Shown here piece after piece: positions 1 to 9,097 of a stretch of DNA of 24,000 bases; position 1 is the stretch's first letter; every line of letters begins with the position of its first letter. Below the pieces are notes generated by a model. It did no database searches and was not told the DNA's origin. It saw only the letters and a list, made by a program, of their open reading frames with translations. A program made the position numbers and the translations under genes. This DNA is from an uncultured Candidatus Saccharibacteria bacterium (GTDB taxonomy: Bacteria; Patescibacteriota; Minisyncoccia; Phycocordibacterales; Phycocordibacteraceae). The DNA is taken from contig CAYYQT010000004.1 in assembly GCA_964473795.1 (NCBI GenBank), positions 24,045 to 48,044 of the forward strand, given 5' to 3'.

Positions 1-168
1 GTTTAAGCCGTAAACATGAATAAACTCGTCAGCAACAGATTCGTATTTTTTTTTACGTAAGAAATCTTGTATTGGTTTTGGTGCAGTATCATACAACACA
101 CGAAAACTCTCTTCAGTTGTGAGATTGTTTGCATCTGAGGTTATGTTTGTTTGTTTGTTTTCTTCCAT
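1..168 (-). CDS. hypothetical protein, N-terminal part only (gene runs off the window start)
   Basis: My own minus-strand translation: ATG at 168-166, then 56 sense codons (MEENKQTNITSDANNLTTEESFRVLYDTAPKPIQDFLRKKKYESVADEFIHVYGLN) open to base 1. It starts 13 nt after the stop of the 182-2230 gene on the same strand. No clear SD and no family recognised. Confidence 0.45.
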   Translation of the reverse strand, partial: MEENKQTNITSDANNLTTEESFRVLYDTAPKPIQDFLRKKKYESVADEFIHVYGLN

Positions 169-181
169 ACTTAATTTAAAA

Positions 182-2230
182 TTACTTTTTATCTTCGCTT
201 TTTTGTTCAGGTTCAGGGTCTTTGATTGCCTGGTTTATCATGTCGAGTATGTGGTCGTTTTTTGATTTTACTGCTTCTCTTCGCACTTCTACTGCTGCTT
301 TTCTTCTCATTTCGCTACCAAATTTCTTACCAATTACCCCTCCAACAGAACCCCCAACAGCTACACCAACCGCAGTTCCAAGTCCTGGCGCTATTGCAGT
401 TCCTATTGCAGCACCTATTGTAGCGCCAAGCCCAGCATCAGCAATGGCTGTGATGTTTTTACTTTCTGTACTCTTTGCATATTGTTCCTGAGGTCTCCTT
501 GAGTAATTCTTGATTTCTTCTGCGAGCTTTTTGATATCGTCAGAGCTTGTTCTTTTATCAGACCCCATAACTTTTTTAGACTCGGAAACTGTTTTTGCAA
601 ATAACTCCTCTTCACCAAGTCGTTGTTTTTTAATGTCTTCAAGTTCACTTTTCCTTGCGTTTACAAGAGTTTCTCCACCAACAATCTTGGAAGCGCTAAT
701 TATTGAGTCTTGTTTGTTTTTTATTGCAGCGTCAATGTTTTGGAGTTTAACTGCATGCTCGGTTCTTGCTGCATCTAGTTTTTCTTTATTGGAACCTTGT
801 TTTTCTTCATATAGTTGTGTCTTTGAGTTAAGTCGTACCTTCATCTCATTAAGTTGTTCTTCTTCTTTCTTAGACAGTTTGAGGTTACTTCCGTAGGATA
901 CCCTTTCCTTAGTTTCTTTTTCTTCAGATGCTCGATAGCCACCTTTTTGTGCTGTACCAATATCTATACCAATATTTTTTATACCAGCACCAACTCTACT
1001 TGCTCTCATGTCAAAGCTTGATTTGGCAGTTTTATCAAAAACACCAGCCACTCTTCTACCTACCAGAGAGTCTCGTGACCATTTCTGTTTTTGTATTTTA
1101 TTAGATATTCTTTGTGCTCCCCAACCAAGAGTTCCGCGTCCAATAGTGCCAAGCCCACCAAACACAACTTTGCCGCTGGTTCTGGTTGCAAACTTTGCAG
1201 CTGCTCCTGAGAGTGATTTTGCGATTATGAGCGAAGCCAAGACAAGCCCTATAACTACTAAAAACTCAAGAATCAACGATGCTATGCCTGTTGATTTATT
1301 ACTTGCTATTGCTTGTGCCCAATCAGCACTACCTGTTGCACCAAAAATACCACCTTGTACAAGAGACACAACAACAAGCAGTAGTAATAGTATGATAGGT
1401 GCAAATAATGTTTGGTCTGAAAGGGCGCGCCACCACTTTCTACCATAACCGCTAAGTAGTGGTATTCCAGCAAGACCAATAAATCCTATTGGAGAAACAA
1501 TCAGTAGAAAAATAAGTACAACAAAACGCGTTACAAGCATTATTGCTATAGAGCCAAGAACAAATGCTGTAATTATAAAAACAAGAATTCCCATAAAGAA
1601 CGTTATAAACCAGTGGTCTTGTGGTGCTTGTCCCGTATTTTTATATTCAGATAAACCGCTTGAGTCTTGAGTATTGTAAACAGTTGAAACATGTAGTGCA
1701 TTAAGAATTGCATTGGAGATTGGCTCACTACTTGCTGAAAAAGTGGTTGGAAGTTTGTTGTTATTTATTTGTACATAAAACTGCGTTGCAAACATGTTGC
1801 CAGTGTCAATAATAAACTCTGTAACAAAGAGTGAAAAGTTTAATGTAAGTGCGACTATCAAAAGTTTTGGTAGAGCCCTTTTTGCACCATACGAGGCGTT
1901 GTTTAGTATTGTTGCTATACCTATCGCTATAAAACCAAATACTAAAAATATATTTCCGAGGTCTCTAAACATTCCCCATGCAATCTCAATAGCGGGTAGT
2001 TTATGAATGTAACTTCCCATTTTTATAACTGTCTCGTATATTGCTGTACCCATTAGCGCCCCCATTGCTCCTGCAAGCCATGAAAAAAGAGACAATATCA
2101 AGTACAACAATCTACTCATTATAGAGTTGGTTGATTCTGCAAAAGCAACACTTGGTATGATAAACGCAATCACTGTTGCGGTTACGTAACTAGTTAAAAC
2201 TTTATGTAGTATCTTTCGTAGGGTAATCAT
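182..2230 (-). CDS. polytopic membrane protein, TrbL/VirB6-like (putative), with coiled-coil and glycine-zipper C-terminal extension
   Basis: 682-aa ORF with an N-terminal signal-like segment (VIAFIIPSVAFAES) and at least 7 hydrophobic spans in the first ~340 aa. A long K/E-rich helical region follows, then the Gly-zipper AGLGATIGAAIGTAIAPGLGTAVGVAVGGSVGGVIG. The architecture and the position right after a TrbJ-like gene resemble TrbL/VirB6. The family call is inference from topology, not a measured match. Confidence 0.5.
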   Translation of the reverse strand: MITLRKILHKVLTSYVTATVIAFIIPSVAFAESTNSIMSRLLYLILSLFSWLAGAMGALMGTAIYETVIKMGSYIHKLPAIEIAWGMFRDLGNIFLVFGFIAIGIATILNNASYGAKRALPKLLIVALTLNFSLFVTEFIIDTGNMFATQFYVQINNNKLPTTFSASSEPISNAILNALHVSTVYNTQDSSGLSEYKNTGQAPQDHWFITFFMGILVFIITAFVLGSIAIMLVTRFVVLIFLLIVSPIGFIGLAGIPLLSGYGRKWWRALSDQTLFAPIILLLLLVVVSLVQGGIFGATGSADWAQAIASNKSTGIASLILEFLVVIGLVLASLIIAKSLSGAAAKFATRTSGKVVFGGLGTIGRGTLGWGAQRISNKIQKQKWSRDSLVGRRVAGVFDKTAKSSFDMRASRVGAGIKNIGIDIGTAQKGGYRASEEKETKERVSYGSNLKLSKKEEEQLNEMKVRLNSKTQLYEEKQGSNKEKLDAARTEHAVKLQNIDAAIKNKQDSIISASKIVGGETLVNARKSELEDIKKQRLGEEELFAKTVSESKKVMGSDKRTSSDDIKKLAEEIKNYSRRPQEQYAKSTESKNITAIADAGLGATIGAAIGTAIAPGLGTAVGVAVGGSVGGVIGKKFGSEMRRKAAVEVRREAVKSKNDHILDMINQAIKDPEPEQKSEDKK

Positions 2231-2232
2231 GT

Positions 2233-3846
2233 TTAATTGTTGTTTGATATTGAAATACTATTCTGAAAACATGTTTGAGATGTTTGCAGTGCTGAAGATG
2301 CATTACTAGAGATTGTAGACATTTGCGATATCAACGTACCTCCAGATACAGACAGTCCACCAGCCCCAGAAGGACTAACAACTGAAACACCTTGATAACT
2401 TCCGTTTGGTGTACTTTGTATGCGTGCATACTGGACCTCTTTTGATGATGGCATAACCCCGTTTGTAATACTTAGTATATTCTGAATATCGCCAGCTGCT
2501 TTTTGTACGTCCACAAGAAGTTTTGTTTTTGCTGCTTTTTGTGCTTCTTGTCTAACTGTCTCGAGTTTTTGTTTGCTTGCATTTGCTTTAACAATTGCAG
2601 TCTGACTTTTGTTAATCACATTCTGTACGGTTATTTGTGATGTTGCTGCTGCTGACTTTGTGGATTGCAGACCACTACTACAGACGTTGTATTTTTTGAA
2701 GTCATAATACGAATTACTGTTTGATGGTGGTGTGTAGTTTGTGAGTATCGTTAGTGATGATTTAGCTCCTTTTGCTGAGTTTAGTATTGATGTCCAATTT
2801 GAAATATAATCAGCCAATTCCTGCTCGCTATAGTCTATTTGTGAAATTATTTTTGCTGTTACGGCTTTCGAATTTGAAGAAACAAGTGCTGCGTTAGAGT
2901 ATTGATTCAGATATGAAGCACCCCCTCCTGATGATGGACGTGAAAGTCCAAGTAAACCACCAACTCCACTAATAGCTTTGTTTGCAAGTTTTGATGCTAT
3001 GTTTCCTATTAACTCATCAATCTCATCTGCAGATACTAGAGAATCAATACCAGACCCAAGTGCTTTCTCAAGTTGAGCCTTAATTACGGTTCCTGGTGTT
3101 CCTGGTGATGACAAAAATCCACTGTTCATTGTTAGCTCTGTTGTTCTTGCTTGTCTTGCTTGGGCAACTTGCGTATCAAGTTGCCGTTTTGCAGAGTAGT
3201 AAGTTCCGTATGGATTATTAAGTGGATTAGAGGCCATACTTAACAACCCGTCGATTCCTCCTTGTCTAAAATCACCACGAATAAATGCTTCTGGGTTTTT
3301 AACAACATTTGAAAGTGTGCTTTTATGTGTTGACCAAAAATCACCAGTGCTTGTTTGTTGAAAGTAGGCGTTTCGTACAAGTGTTGCTGCTCCAGAAGCA
3401 AAAGGAGAATTCCCAATTTTTATTTGCGAAATTATTTTCTTTGCAAGTGGTGTTCCTACGTTGATTTTTAAATGTTTGAGTATATTCGTTACAAACATTG
3501 GGCTTAAGTTTCCAGTATTTGGGTCTACATATCCTTTTGATACTGTTCGGATTATGTCATTTGTTGTTGCTTGTAGTAAAGATTTTGCTACAGTCCATGC
3601 TATAGGGTCTAGAACAAATTCTTTTAGGTTTATTTGTTGACCAAGAACAAGTTGAACCCCTTCTTTTACTAATTGTACTATTTGTGTAGAATTTGATATT
3701 TCAAGCTGGGCTGCAGCTGCAGGATCAAAAACAATTATAGCCTCAGCACGCTTTGGGGTCGCAACGGCTATGAGGCTGCTGATGCTAAATGATATTGATA
3801 AAATCAATATGGTAGTTCTATTAAAAAATTTGTTAGAAAAAATCAT
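2233..3846 (-). CDS. secreted protein, TrbJ/VirB5-like N-terminus (putative)
   Basis: 537-aa ORF with signal peptide ILILSISFSISSLIAVATPKRAEA, followed by IIVFDPAAAAQLEISNSTQIVQLVKEGVQLV. This resembles the post-signal x-V-x-D-x(4)-Q...Q helix start of TrbJ/VirB5-type proteins. The remainder is S/T/N/A-rich. There is a 2-nt gap to the downstream gene and a 4-nt ATGA overlap with the upstream gene, so it is probably operonic. Confidence 0.45.
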   Translation of the reverse strand: MIFSNKFFNRTTILILSISFSISSLIAVATPKRAEAIIVFDPAAAAQLEISNSTQIVQLVKEGVQLVLGQQINLKEFVLDPIAWTVAKSLLQATTNDIIRTVSKGYVDPNTGNLSPMFVTNILKHLKINVGTPLAKKIISQIKIGNSPFASGAATLVRNAYFQQTSTGDFWSTHKSTLSNVVKNPEAFIRGDFRQGGIDGLLSMASNPLNNPYGTYYSAKRQLDTQVAQARQARTTELTMNSGFLSSPGTPGTVIKAQLEKALGSGIDSLVSADEIDELIGNIASKLANKAISGVGGLLGLSRPSSGGGASYLNQYSNAALVSSNSKAVTAKIISQIDYSEQELADYISNWTSILNSAKGAKSSLTILTNYTPPSNSNSYYDFKKYNVCSSGLQSTKSAAATSQITVQNVINKSQTAIVKANASKQKLETVRQEAQKAAKTKLLVDVQKAAGDIQNILSITNGVMPSSKEVQYARIQSTPNGSYQGVSVVSPSGAGGLSVSGGTLISQMSTISSNASSALQTSQTCFQNSISISNNN

Positions 3847-4889
3847 TGTGTTTTGTTTTTACTCTGTTTGTTTGCAATGATTGTTGCTAAGTTTACGAAT
3901 GAATACCCCTCGTCTTTAGGAGTGATTACCACACCAGCCTTACGAAACGCACTACCAAGGTCTATGTATGCTTTTGCCAGCGATGTAACTGCCTTTTTAT
4001 ATTCTGGTATTGCAAGAATTACCAAAACAGGGTCTGTGTCTAGTTTTGACATTTCGTTTATCACTGTAGACATGTTTGCATATGCGTTTACAAGCTCTAA
4101 ATGTGCTACTGTGGTTTCTTTTGTTGCAGTAATTTGGGAAAGACTGCTTGCTGCGTCTATGTATAATTTAGATAAAGATTGTAAATGTTTTAAGGCAGAA
4201 ACATCATTATTTTTTGCAGCGTTATTTAGATAGATCAACACACCTTTGTCTTCTGGAATTGTGTATCTAGAAAAAGCTTTTTGCACAGTTGCTGCATATG
4301 CGCGAAGAGCTTTTTGACCCGACCCAGATACTTTTATCTGTGAAATGTTTCTGAAATTTGTGAAAGTGCTTTTGTTACTTGTTACTTGTTGGACGGCATT
4401 TGCTACAATACCTGACATTTGTTGTTTAGAAAGAGGTCTTCCACCGCTCACTTTTTTCATTGTTAGGTATTGTGCAAAAAAGTTCTTTATAAAAACATCA
4501 GTTAGCGATCCTTGTGTTGGTGTAAAGCCCTTAACTACAGAGTTTGAGGTTGTTGTGCTTGTCTTTGTAATTTGCGATGAGGAGGAGTTTTTTGGTGTTG
4601 GAGCTTTTGGAACGATAAGACCTTTTGCAACAGCTTCGCCGTCTGTCATTCCAAGATTAAAAGTATCTATTTTGTGAGGGTTTGTTCCATACAAGACTTC
4701 TTCCCAATCTGGCAATCCGTCGCCGTCACTATCTCTTGAGGAGACTGATTTTAATACAGTTGAAAGGTTCGTTGCATCGACCTTGTTTGTTGTTAATATT
4801 CCGTTCGATAAAAGATATGTTCCGCTGATCATCAACACACTTAATATAATTGCAGATAATATACCCCACTGTTGTTTAATCCAAACCAT
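3843..4889 (-). CDS. N-terminally membrane-anchored protein with DxDxDG calcium-binding-like motif
   Basis: 348-aa ORF with N-terminal TM WGILSAIILSVLMISGTYLL. It carries the motif DSDGDGLPDWEEVLYGTNP (thrombospondin type-3/EF-like acidic loop), an S/T-rich linker and a helical C-terminal domain. Start and stop overlap with the next gene. Confidence 0.6.
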   Translation of the reverse strand: MVWIKQQWGILSAIILSVLMISGTYLLSNGILTTNKVDATNLSTVLKSVSSRDSDGDGLPDWEEVLYGTNPHKIDTFNLGMTDGEAVAKGLIVPKAPTPKNSSSSQITKTSTTTSNSVVKGFTPTQGSLTDVFIKNFFAQYLTMKKVSGGRPLSKQQMSGIVANAVQQVTSNKSTFTNFRNISQIKVSGSGQKALRAYAATVQKAFSRYTIPEDKGVLIYLNNAAKNNDVSALKHLQSLSKLYIDAASSLSQITATKETTVAHLELVNAYANMSTVINEMSKLDTDPVLVILAIPEYKKAVTSLAKAYIDLGSAFRKAGVVITPKDEGYSFVNLATIIANKQSKNKTQ

Positions 4890-4953
4890 AATACATATAT
4901 AGTATAGCAGCCAAATAGTAATACTGCGTGCTTTTTGTGTGAAGATTTGTGCA

Positions 4954-5739
4954 TTAACCCTTTATTAAATCAATTTTATTTGAAAGTTCTATCCATGTGT
5001 CTAAGTGTATATCCTCTGCACGTGCATCTATACTTATTTTCAGTGTGGAAAACGTTTTTAATAGAGGTTCTTTTTTGCTTATTGCAGATAGGTTTTTTAG
5101 AAGTTTTTTGCGTTTATGTGCAAACCCGGCATGTAGAATTGTAAAAAACCTTTCCTCATGAGAGGTGTCTTTGAAAGGTGTTGAAATGTTTTTTATTGAA
5201 ATAACAGCAGAGTCTACTTTTGGTGCTGGTATAAAAGCACCGCGAGGGACTGTAAATTCATACTTTGGATTTCCGTACGCTTTTACAGATAAAGACAGCA
5301 GGCTCTCTTTAGTGTCGCGTGCAATACGTATAGCGACTTCTTTTTGTACCAAAAGAGTCATTGATTTTGGCTTGTTACTTGTTTCTAAAAATTTTCTAAT
5401 AATTTCACCTGTTATATAATACGGGATATTTGCTACTAATATATATGGTTTTGTTATTGTTGCTGGGTCAAACTTCCTGATATCCTTTGTTTGTATTTCT
5501 AGTTTTTTTATTGATATTTCATTTTTAAATATATTGTGAAGTTCTTCAGAAAGATTTTCATCAGCTTCTATTGCGATTACGAACGTTGAACGTTCTAAAA
5601 GAGGAAGGGTTAACATGCCTGTACCAGGTCCTATTTCAAGAACTGTATCGTTGCTTGAAATACCAGAAACATCAGCAATACGTTCTGCTGTGCGTCTGTG
5701 CATTAAAAAGTTTTGTCCTAGTGATTTTTTTGCAAACAT
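4954..5739 (-). CDS. rsmA: 16S rRNA (adenine1518/1519-N6)-dimethyltransferase RsmA/KsgA
   Basis: Contains the SLGQNFL motif and the SAM-binding EIGPGTGMLT. I place the start at MFAKKSLGQNFL (CAT at 5737-5739) rather than at the track start 5793, which would overlap the upstream helicase gene by 47 nt. Confidence 0.9.
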   Translation of the reverse strand: MFAKKSLGQNFLMHRRTAERIADVSGISSNDTVLEIGPGTGMLTLPLLERSTFVIAIEADENLSEELHNIFKNEISIKKLEIQTKDIRKFDPATITKPYILVANIPYYITGEIIRKFLETSNKPKSMTLLVQKEVAIRIARDTKESLLSLSVKAYGNPKYEFTVPRGAFIPAPKVDSAVISIKNISTPFKDTSHEERFFTILHAGFAHKRKKLLKNLSAISKKEPLLKTFSTLKISIDARAEDIHLDTWIELSNKIDLIKG

Positions 5740-5746
5740 AAGATAG

Positions 5747-7651
5747 TTAAAGGTATATAGACGTACCGTAGTCTGTTTTTGAATAATCAACATGTCCAGG
5801 GTCTATATCCTCTATAAAAGATGACGGTTCTTGCCTGTAGTCTGTACCATAAATACGTCGAACATTTACAAGGGTTAGTATTAGTCGCAGTTTTGCGCGT
5901 GTTATTGCAACGTAGAAAAGACGTCTTTCTTCCTCTTCATCTCTTTCCTCGTTTCCCATTCCTTCATGTGGAAAGAGCCCTTCTTCCATTCCTGTTACAA
6001 ATACTGTGCCAAATTCCAAACCTTTAGCAGCATGTACTGTCATAAGTGTGACACCTACTGTATCGGTTTTTCTGTCTAGCTCATCTTGGTCGCTTGTAAG
6101 CGCTGCGTCAGCAAGAAAAGAGGATATTCCTTCTAGCCCAACGGATGTGTCATAACGTGTGGCAAGTGTCGCTAGTTCGTGTATGTTCCCAAGCCGTTCC
6201 CGCTCATCTTCTGTGCCGGTTGAAAGAGTTTTTTCGAGTCCGCTTTTTTCAATTACAAGACGTATAAAATCAGATGGTTTTGTTTTTTCTGATGCTAATG
6301 AAAGGTCTTCAACTATTGTTTCAAATTTTTCAACTTTTACTTTTTCTCCTGGACGTAATAAATCGCGTTGTCCAGCTACTAGTTTCCCTAGTGTTACTTT
6401 CCCTATTCCTCGCGACGGGGCTTGAACTGCTCGCATGCGGTCTGCTTCGCGTGTTGGTTCTAAAGCTAAACGTATCCACGCAAGAACGTCCTTAACCTCT
6501 TTTCTGTCAAAGAAACGAGTACCAAGAAGCTTGTATGGAACACCGGCGTGCAACAGTCCCTCTTCAAGTGCTCGCGACTGAAAGTTTGTGCGAAATAGTA
6601 TTGCGATGTTTTCTGGCGACACCCCTTTTGTAATTTCAGTTTTAATTTCTTTAGCAATCCATGATGCCTCTGCTTCAGCGTTTATTGCGGTATGTATTGT
6701 TATTTTATCTCCAACGGGATTGTTCGTTATAGACTTCTTTTCTTTTCTGTTTTTGTTATGTTCAATAATTGTATTTGCAGCTGCGACTATCGTTCCTGAT
6801 GACCTGTAATTTTGTTCAAGAATTATAGTTTTTGCTTTTGGGTAAGTTTTTTCAAACGAAAGAAGGTTGTCTATAGTAGCCCCTCTCCATGTATAGATAC
6901 ATTGGTCTATATCTCCAACAACAAACAGGTTCTTGTGTTTTCCAACAAGCGTATCTACGAGCCGTCCTTGCAACTCGTTTGTGTCTTGGTATTCGTCTAT
7001 ATGCACGTAGTGAAATCGTTCTTGAACTTTCGAACGTATGTCCGCGTGTTCATCAAGTAGTCTCATTGGAAGAGAAATAAGATCATCAAAATCGAGAGCT
7101 TTTTCTTTTTGAAGCGCTTCGTTATATCGCGTCCACACTTCACTTGATACGCGCGCCCTAAAACTGTCACGCCCATGTTTTTGTTTGAATTCTGAAGATG
7201 TCATTCCTAGGTTTTTTGCTTTCGAGATGCGCGAAAGTATAGCTCTTGGCGGAACCTCCTTGGGGTCTATATCCATAGCCTTTAGCGCAGCTTTTACAAC
7301 ACGTTCAGAATCATCTCGTCCAAAAATTGAAAAATATCTAGGAACTCCAATCGCACTACCATATTCTTCAAGTAGAATACGTCCAAGACCGTGGAATGTT
7401 GCTATTGTTGGCATTGGAGAGTCATCACCAAGTTGCGCTGTTAATCGTGTACGCATTTCGCGTGCTGCTTTATTTGTAAATGTGACAGCGAGTATGTTTT
7501 CTACAGGAACACCTTTTGTTATTAAATGGTAAATCCGTGTAGTTAGTACGCGTGTCTTTCCAGAACCAGCGCCAGCAAGAACAGACACTGCCCCATCGGT
7601 TGAGCACACAGCTTCTTTTTGTTGTTCGTTTAGTCCGTCAAGATAACTCAT
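5747..7651 (-). CDS. pcrA: ATP-dependent DNA helicase, UvrD/PcrA/Rep (SF1A) family
   Basis: 634-aa ORF with Walker A AGAGSGKT, motif II DEYQDTN, and the motifs TFHGLG, QNYRS and VHAAKGLEF in canonical order. Confidence 0.9.
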   Translation of the reverse strand: MSYLDGLNEQQKEAVCSTDGAVSVLAGAGSGKTRVLTTRIYHLITKGVPVENILAVTFTNKAAREMRTRLTAQLGDDSPMPTIATFHGLGRILLEEYGSAIGVPRYFSIFGRDDSERVVKAALKAMDIDPKEVPPRAILSRISKAKNLGMTSSEFKQKHGRDSFRARVSSEVWTRYNEALQKEKALDFDDLISLPMRLLDEHADIRSKVQERFHYVHIDEYQDTNELQGRLVDTLVGKHKNLFVVGDIDQCIYTWRGATIDNLLSFEKTYPKAKTIILEQNYRSSGTIVAAANTIIEHNKNRKEKKSITNNPVGDKITIHTAINAEAEASWIAKEIKTEITKGVSPENIAILFRTNFQSRALEEGLLHAGVPYKLLGTRFFDRKEVKDVLAWIRLALEPTREADRMRAVQAPSRGIGKVTLGKLVAGQRDLLRPGEKVKVEKFETIVEDLSLASEKTKPSDFIRLVIEKSGLEKTLSTGTEDERERLGNIHELATLATRYDTSVGLEGISSFLADAALTSDQDELDRKTDTVGVTLMTVHAAKGLEFGTVFVTGMEEGLFPHEGMGNEERDEEEERRLFYVAITRAKLRLILTLVNVRRIYGTDYRQEPSSFIEDIDPGHVDYSKTDYGTSIYL

Positions 7652-7774
7652 TTTTAATACTATACCGCGAAAATCTTTTTTATACTTTGTGTATTAAAAA
7701 ATAAACATACGTAATGTATTTTGTTTTGCTAAAAACAGTATAAAATCATACGCACCTTGATATATAAAATGGGG

Positions 7775-7802
7775 TTGACGTATATGCTGCGAGGGGTATA
7801 AT
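7775..7802 (+). promoter_or_regulatory. candidate sigma70 promoter for the LysM/M23 peptidase gene
   Basis: TTGACG (7775-7780), a 16-nt spacer, then TATAAT (7797-7802). It lies about 130 nt upstream of the GTG start at 7931. Confidence 0.5.
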
Positions 7803-7930
7803 CTCGGTACTGGAAGTTATGGATGTGTGAAAGAAATGGCTCTGTTAAGCCGTTTTTGTACTAGGAAGCTTGGTATTGACCTATAATTTTTATTTTAAAA
7901 CAAATACAATCCCTTGCTGTTTATCGCACT

Positions 7931-9043
7931 GTGCGAAAATATCAAAATATATATAAGATAATTACAATCGCATTAATTGCGTTATTTGTAATGACGTCTG
8001 TTTTTATGTCTACGCCAAGTTACGCTGCTGCTTTTTGGCCGTTTTCAAATGTATTAGCACACACAAGAACAAAAACTACTTTTATATCTGGCTCCAACGT
8101 TTCTTTATTACATGCCGCAACAAATTTAAACCCCAGCCCGATAAAAAAAATATCGGTAATAGCAATGACTGGGGGTTCATCTCTAATAGCAGAATCTGGA
8201 CCTGACGGGACCGCTGCAGACATAAATCCAGCCGCAGCAAATGGTCAAATCTCACTATATGTAGTTCGTAGTGGGGACTCTTTGTCGGAAATAGCAAAAA
8301 TGTTTGGCGTTTCTGAGAAAACAATCTTATGGGCAAATAATATAAGGAACGCTAGGCTTATACGTGCTGGTGATACTCTACTTATTCTGCCTGTGTCAGG
8401 AATAAAACATACTGTAAAAAAAGGAGAAACACTTACTTCAATAACAAAAAAATATCGTGCAAACAGTAAAGACACGGCTCTTTATAATAGTCTTGACCAG
8501 AAAAAACCTCTTGTTGTTGGTTCTGTTGTGATAATCCCTGGAGGTGAAATGCCAACTGTAAGAAGGTATAAAAAGTCTTATACTTATTCTAGGAGGTCTC
8601 GTCACTATCACAGGATTAGAGTTGCGCCATCAAACCCTTATCGTGGAGGAAGTGGTCCTGCTCTACCTGGTTTTTTCAGTAATCCATTATCTAGAGGAAT
8701 AGTTACGCAAGCACTCCATGGTTGGAATGCTTTTGATATAGGAGCAAGAACAGGAACTCCGATTCGTGCTGCAGCTGCTGGGCGCATTATTGTGTCTCGT
8801 GTCGGTGGTTGGAATGGTGGTTATGGAAATTATGTTGTTATTAACCACGGTAATGGGACACAAACTCTTTATTCACATATGGTTCGTGATGTTTCAAGTG
8901 TTGGACAACGTGTTCGTGCTGGGCAAGTAATTGGTTATGTCGGTGAGACTGGTGAAGCTACAGGACCTCATTTGCATTTTGAAGTTCGCGGTGCGCGTAA
9001 CCCGTTCGTTGGTTGCAGGGTTGGTTCAAGGTGTAATTTCTAA
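7931..9043 (+). CDS. LysM-domain M23 family peptidoglycan metalloendopeptidase
   Basis: GTG start with an N-terminal TM/signal segment (IITIALIALFVMTSVFMSTPSYAAA). Two LysM repeats are present (YVVRSGDSLSEIAKMFGV..., HTVKKGETLTSITKKY...). M23 motifs are HGWNAFDIG, GGYGNYVVINHGNGTQTLYSHM and GPHLHFEVR. Confidence 0.9.
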   Translation: MRKYQNIYKIITIALIALFVMTSVFMSTPSYAAAFWPFSNVLAHTRTKTTFISGSNVSLLHAATNLNPSPIKKISVIAMTGGSSLIAESGPDGTAADINPAAANGQISLYVVRSGDSLSEIAKMFGVSEKTILWANNIRNARLIRAGDTLLILPVSGIKHTVKKGETLTSITKKYRANSKDTALYNSLDQKKPLVVGSVVIIPGGEMPTVRRYKKSYTYSRRSRHYHRIRVAPSNPYRGGSGPALPGFFSNPLSRGIVTQALHGWNAFDIGARTGTPIRAAAAGRIIVSRVGGWNGGYGNYVVINHGNGTQTLYSHMVRDVSSVGQRVRAGQVIGYVGETGEATGPHLHFEVRGARNPFVGCRVGSRCNF

Positions 9044-9061
9044 TATATACAATAATGTCGC

Positions 9062-9097
9062 AACATATCGCAAGTAAACTTACGATATGTTTTGCTT
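9062..9097. terminator. hairpin between convergent genes (likely bidirectional terminator)
   Basis: AACATATCG (9062-9070) pairs with CGATATGTT (9083-9091), followed by a T-rich tail. It sits between the M23 stop (9043) and the yifB stop (9097). Confidence 0.5.

Noticed and set aside
222-2006. Plus-strand track ORFs (222-491, 226-423, 510-896, 1008-1448, 1794-2006) and minus-strand ORF 415-648 inside the 682-aa gene.
   Set aside because: They lie antisense to, or in alternative frames of, a long well-supported membrane-protein ORF. They have low-complexity translations and no SD or motif. The same reasoning applies to the other short shadow ORFs across the window, e.g. 3853-4233, 4345-4677, 5165-5419, 6159-7532, 8020-8475, 9293-10363, 11121-12362, 13898-14455, 16158-16713, 17906-18091, 22361-22874 and 23357-23629.
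5740-5793. An 18-codon N-terminal extension of rsmA given by the ORF track.
   Set aside because: It would overlap the helicase gene by 47 nt, and the extension (MLIIQKQTTVRLYTFNYL) is not part of the KsgA fold. The internal Met directly precedes the conserved SLGQNFL.
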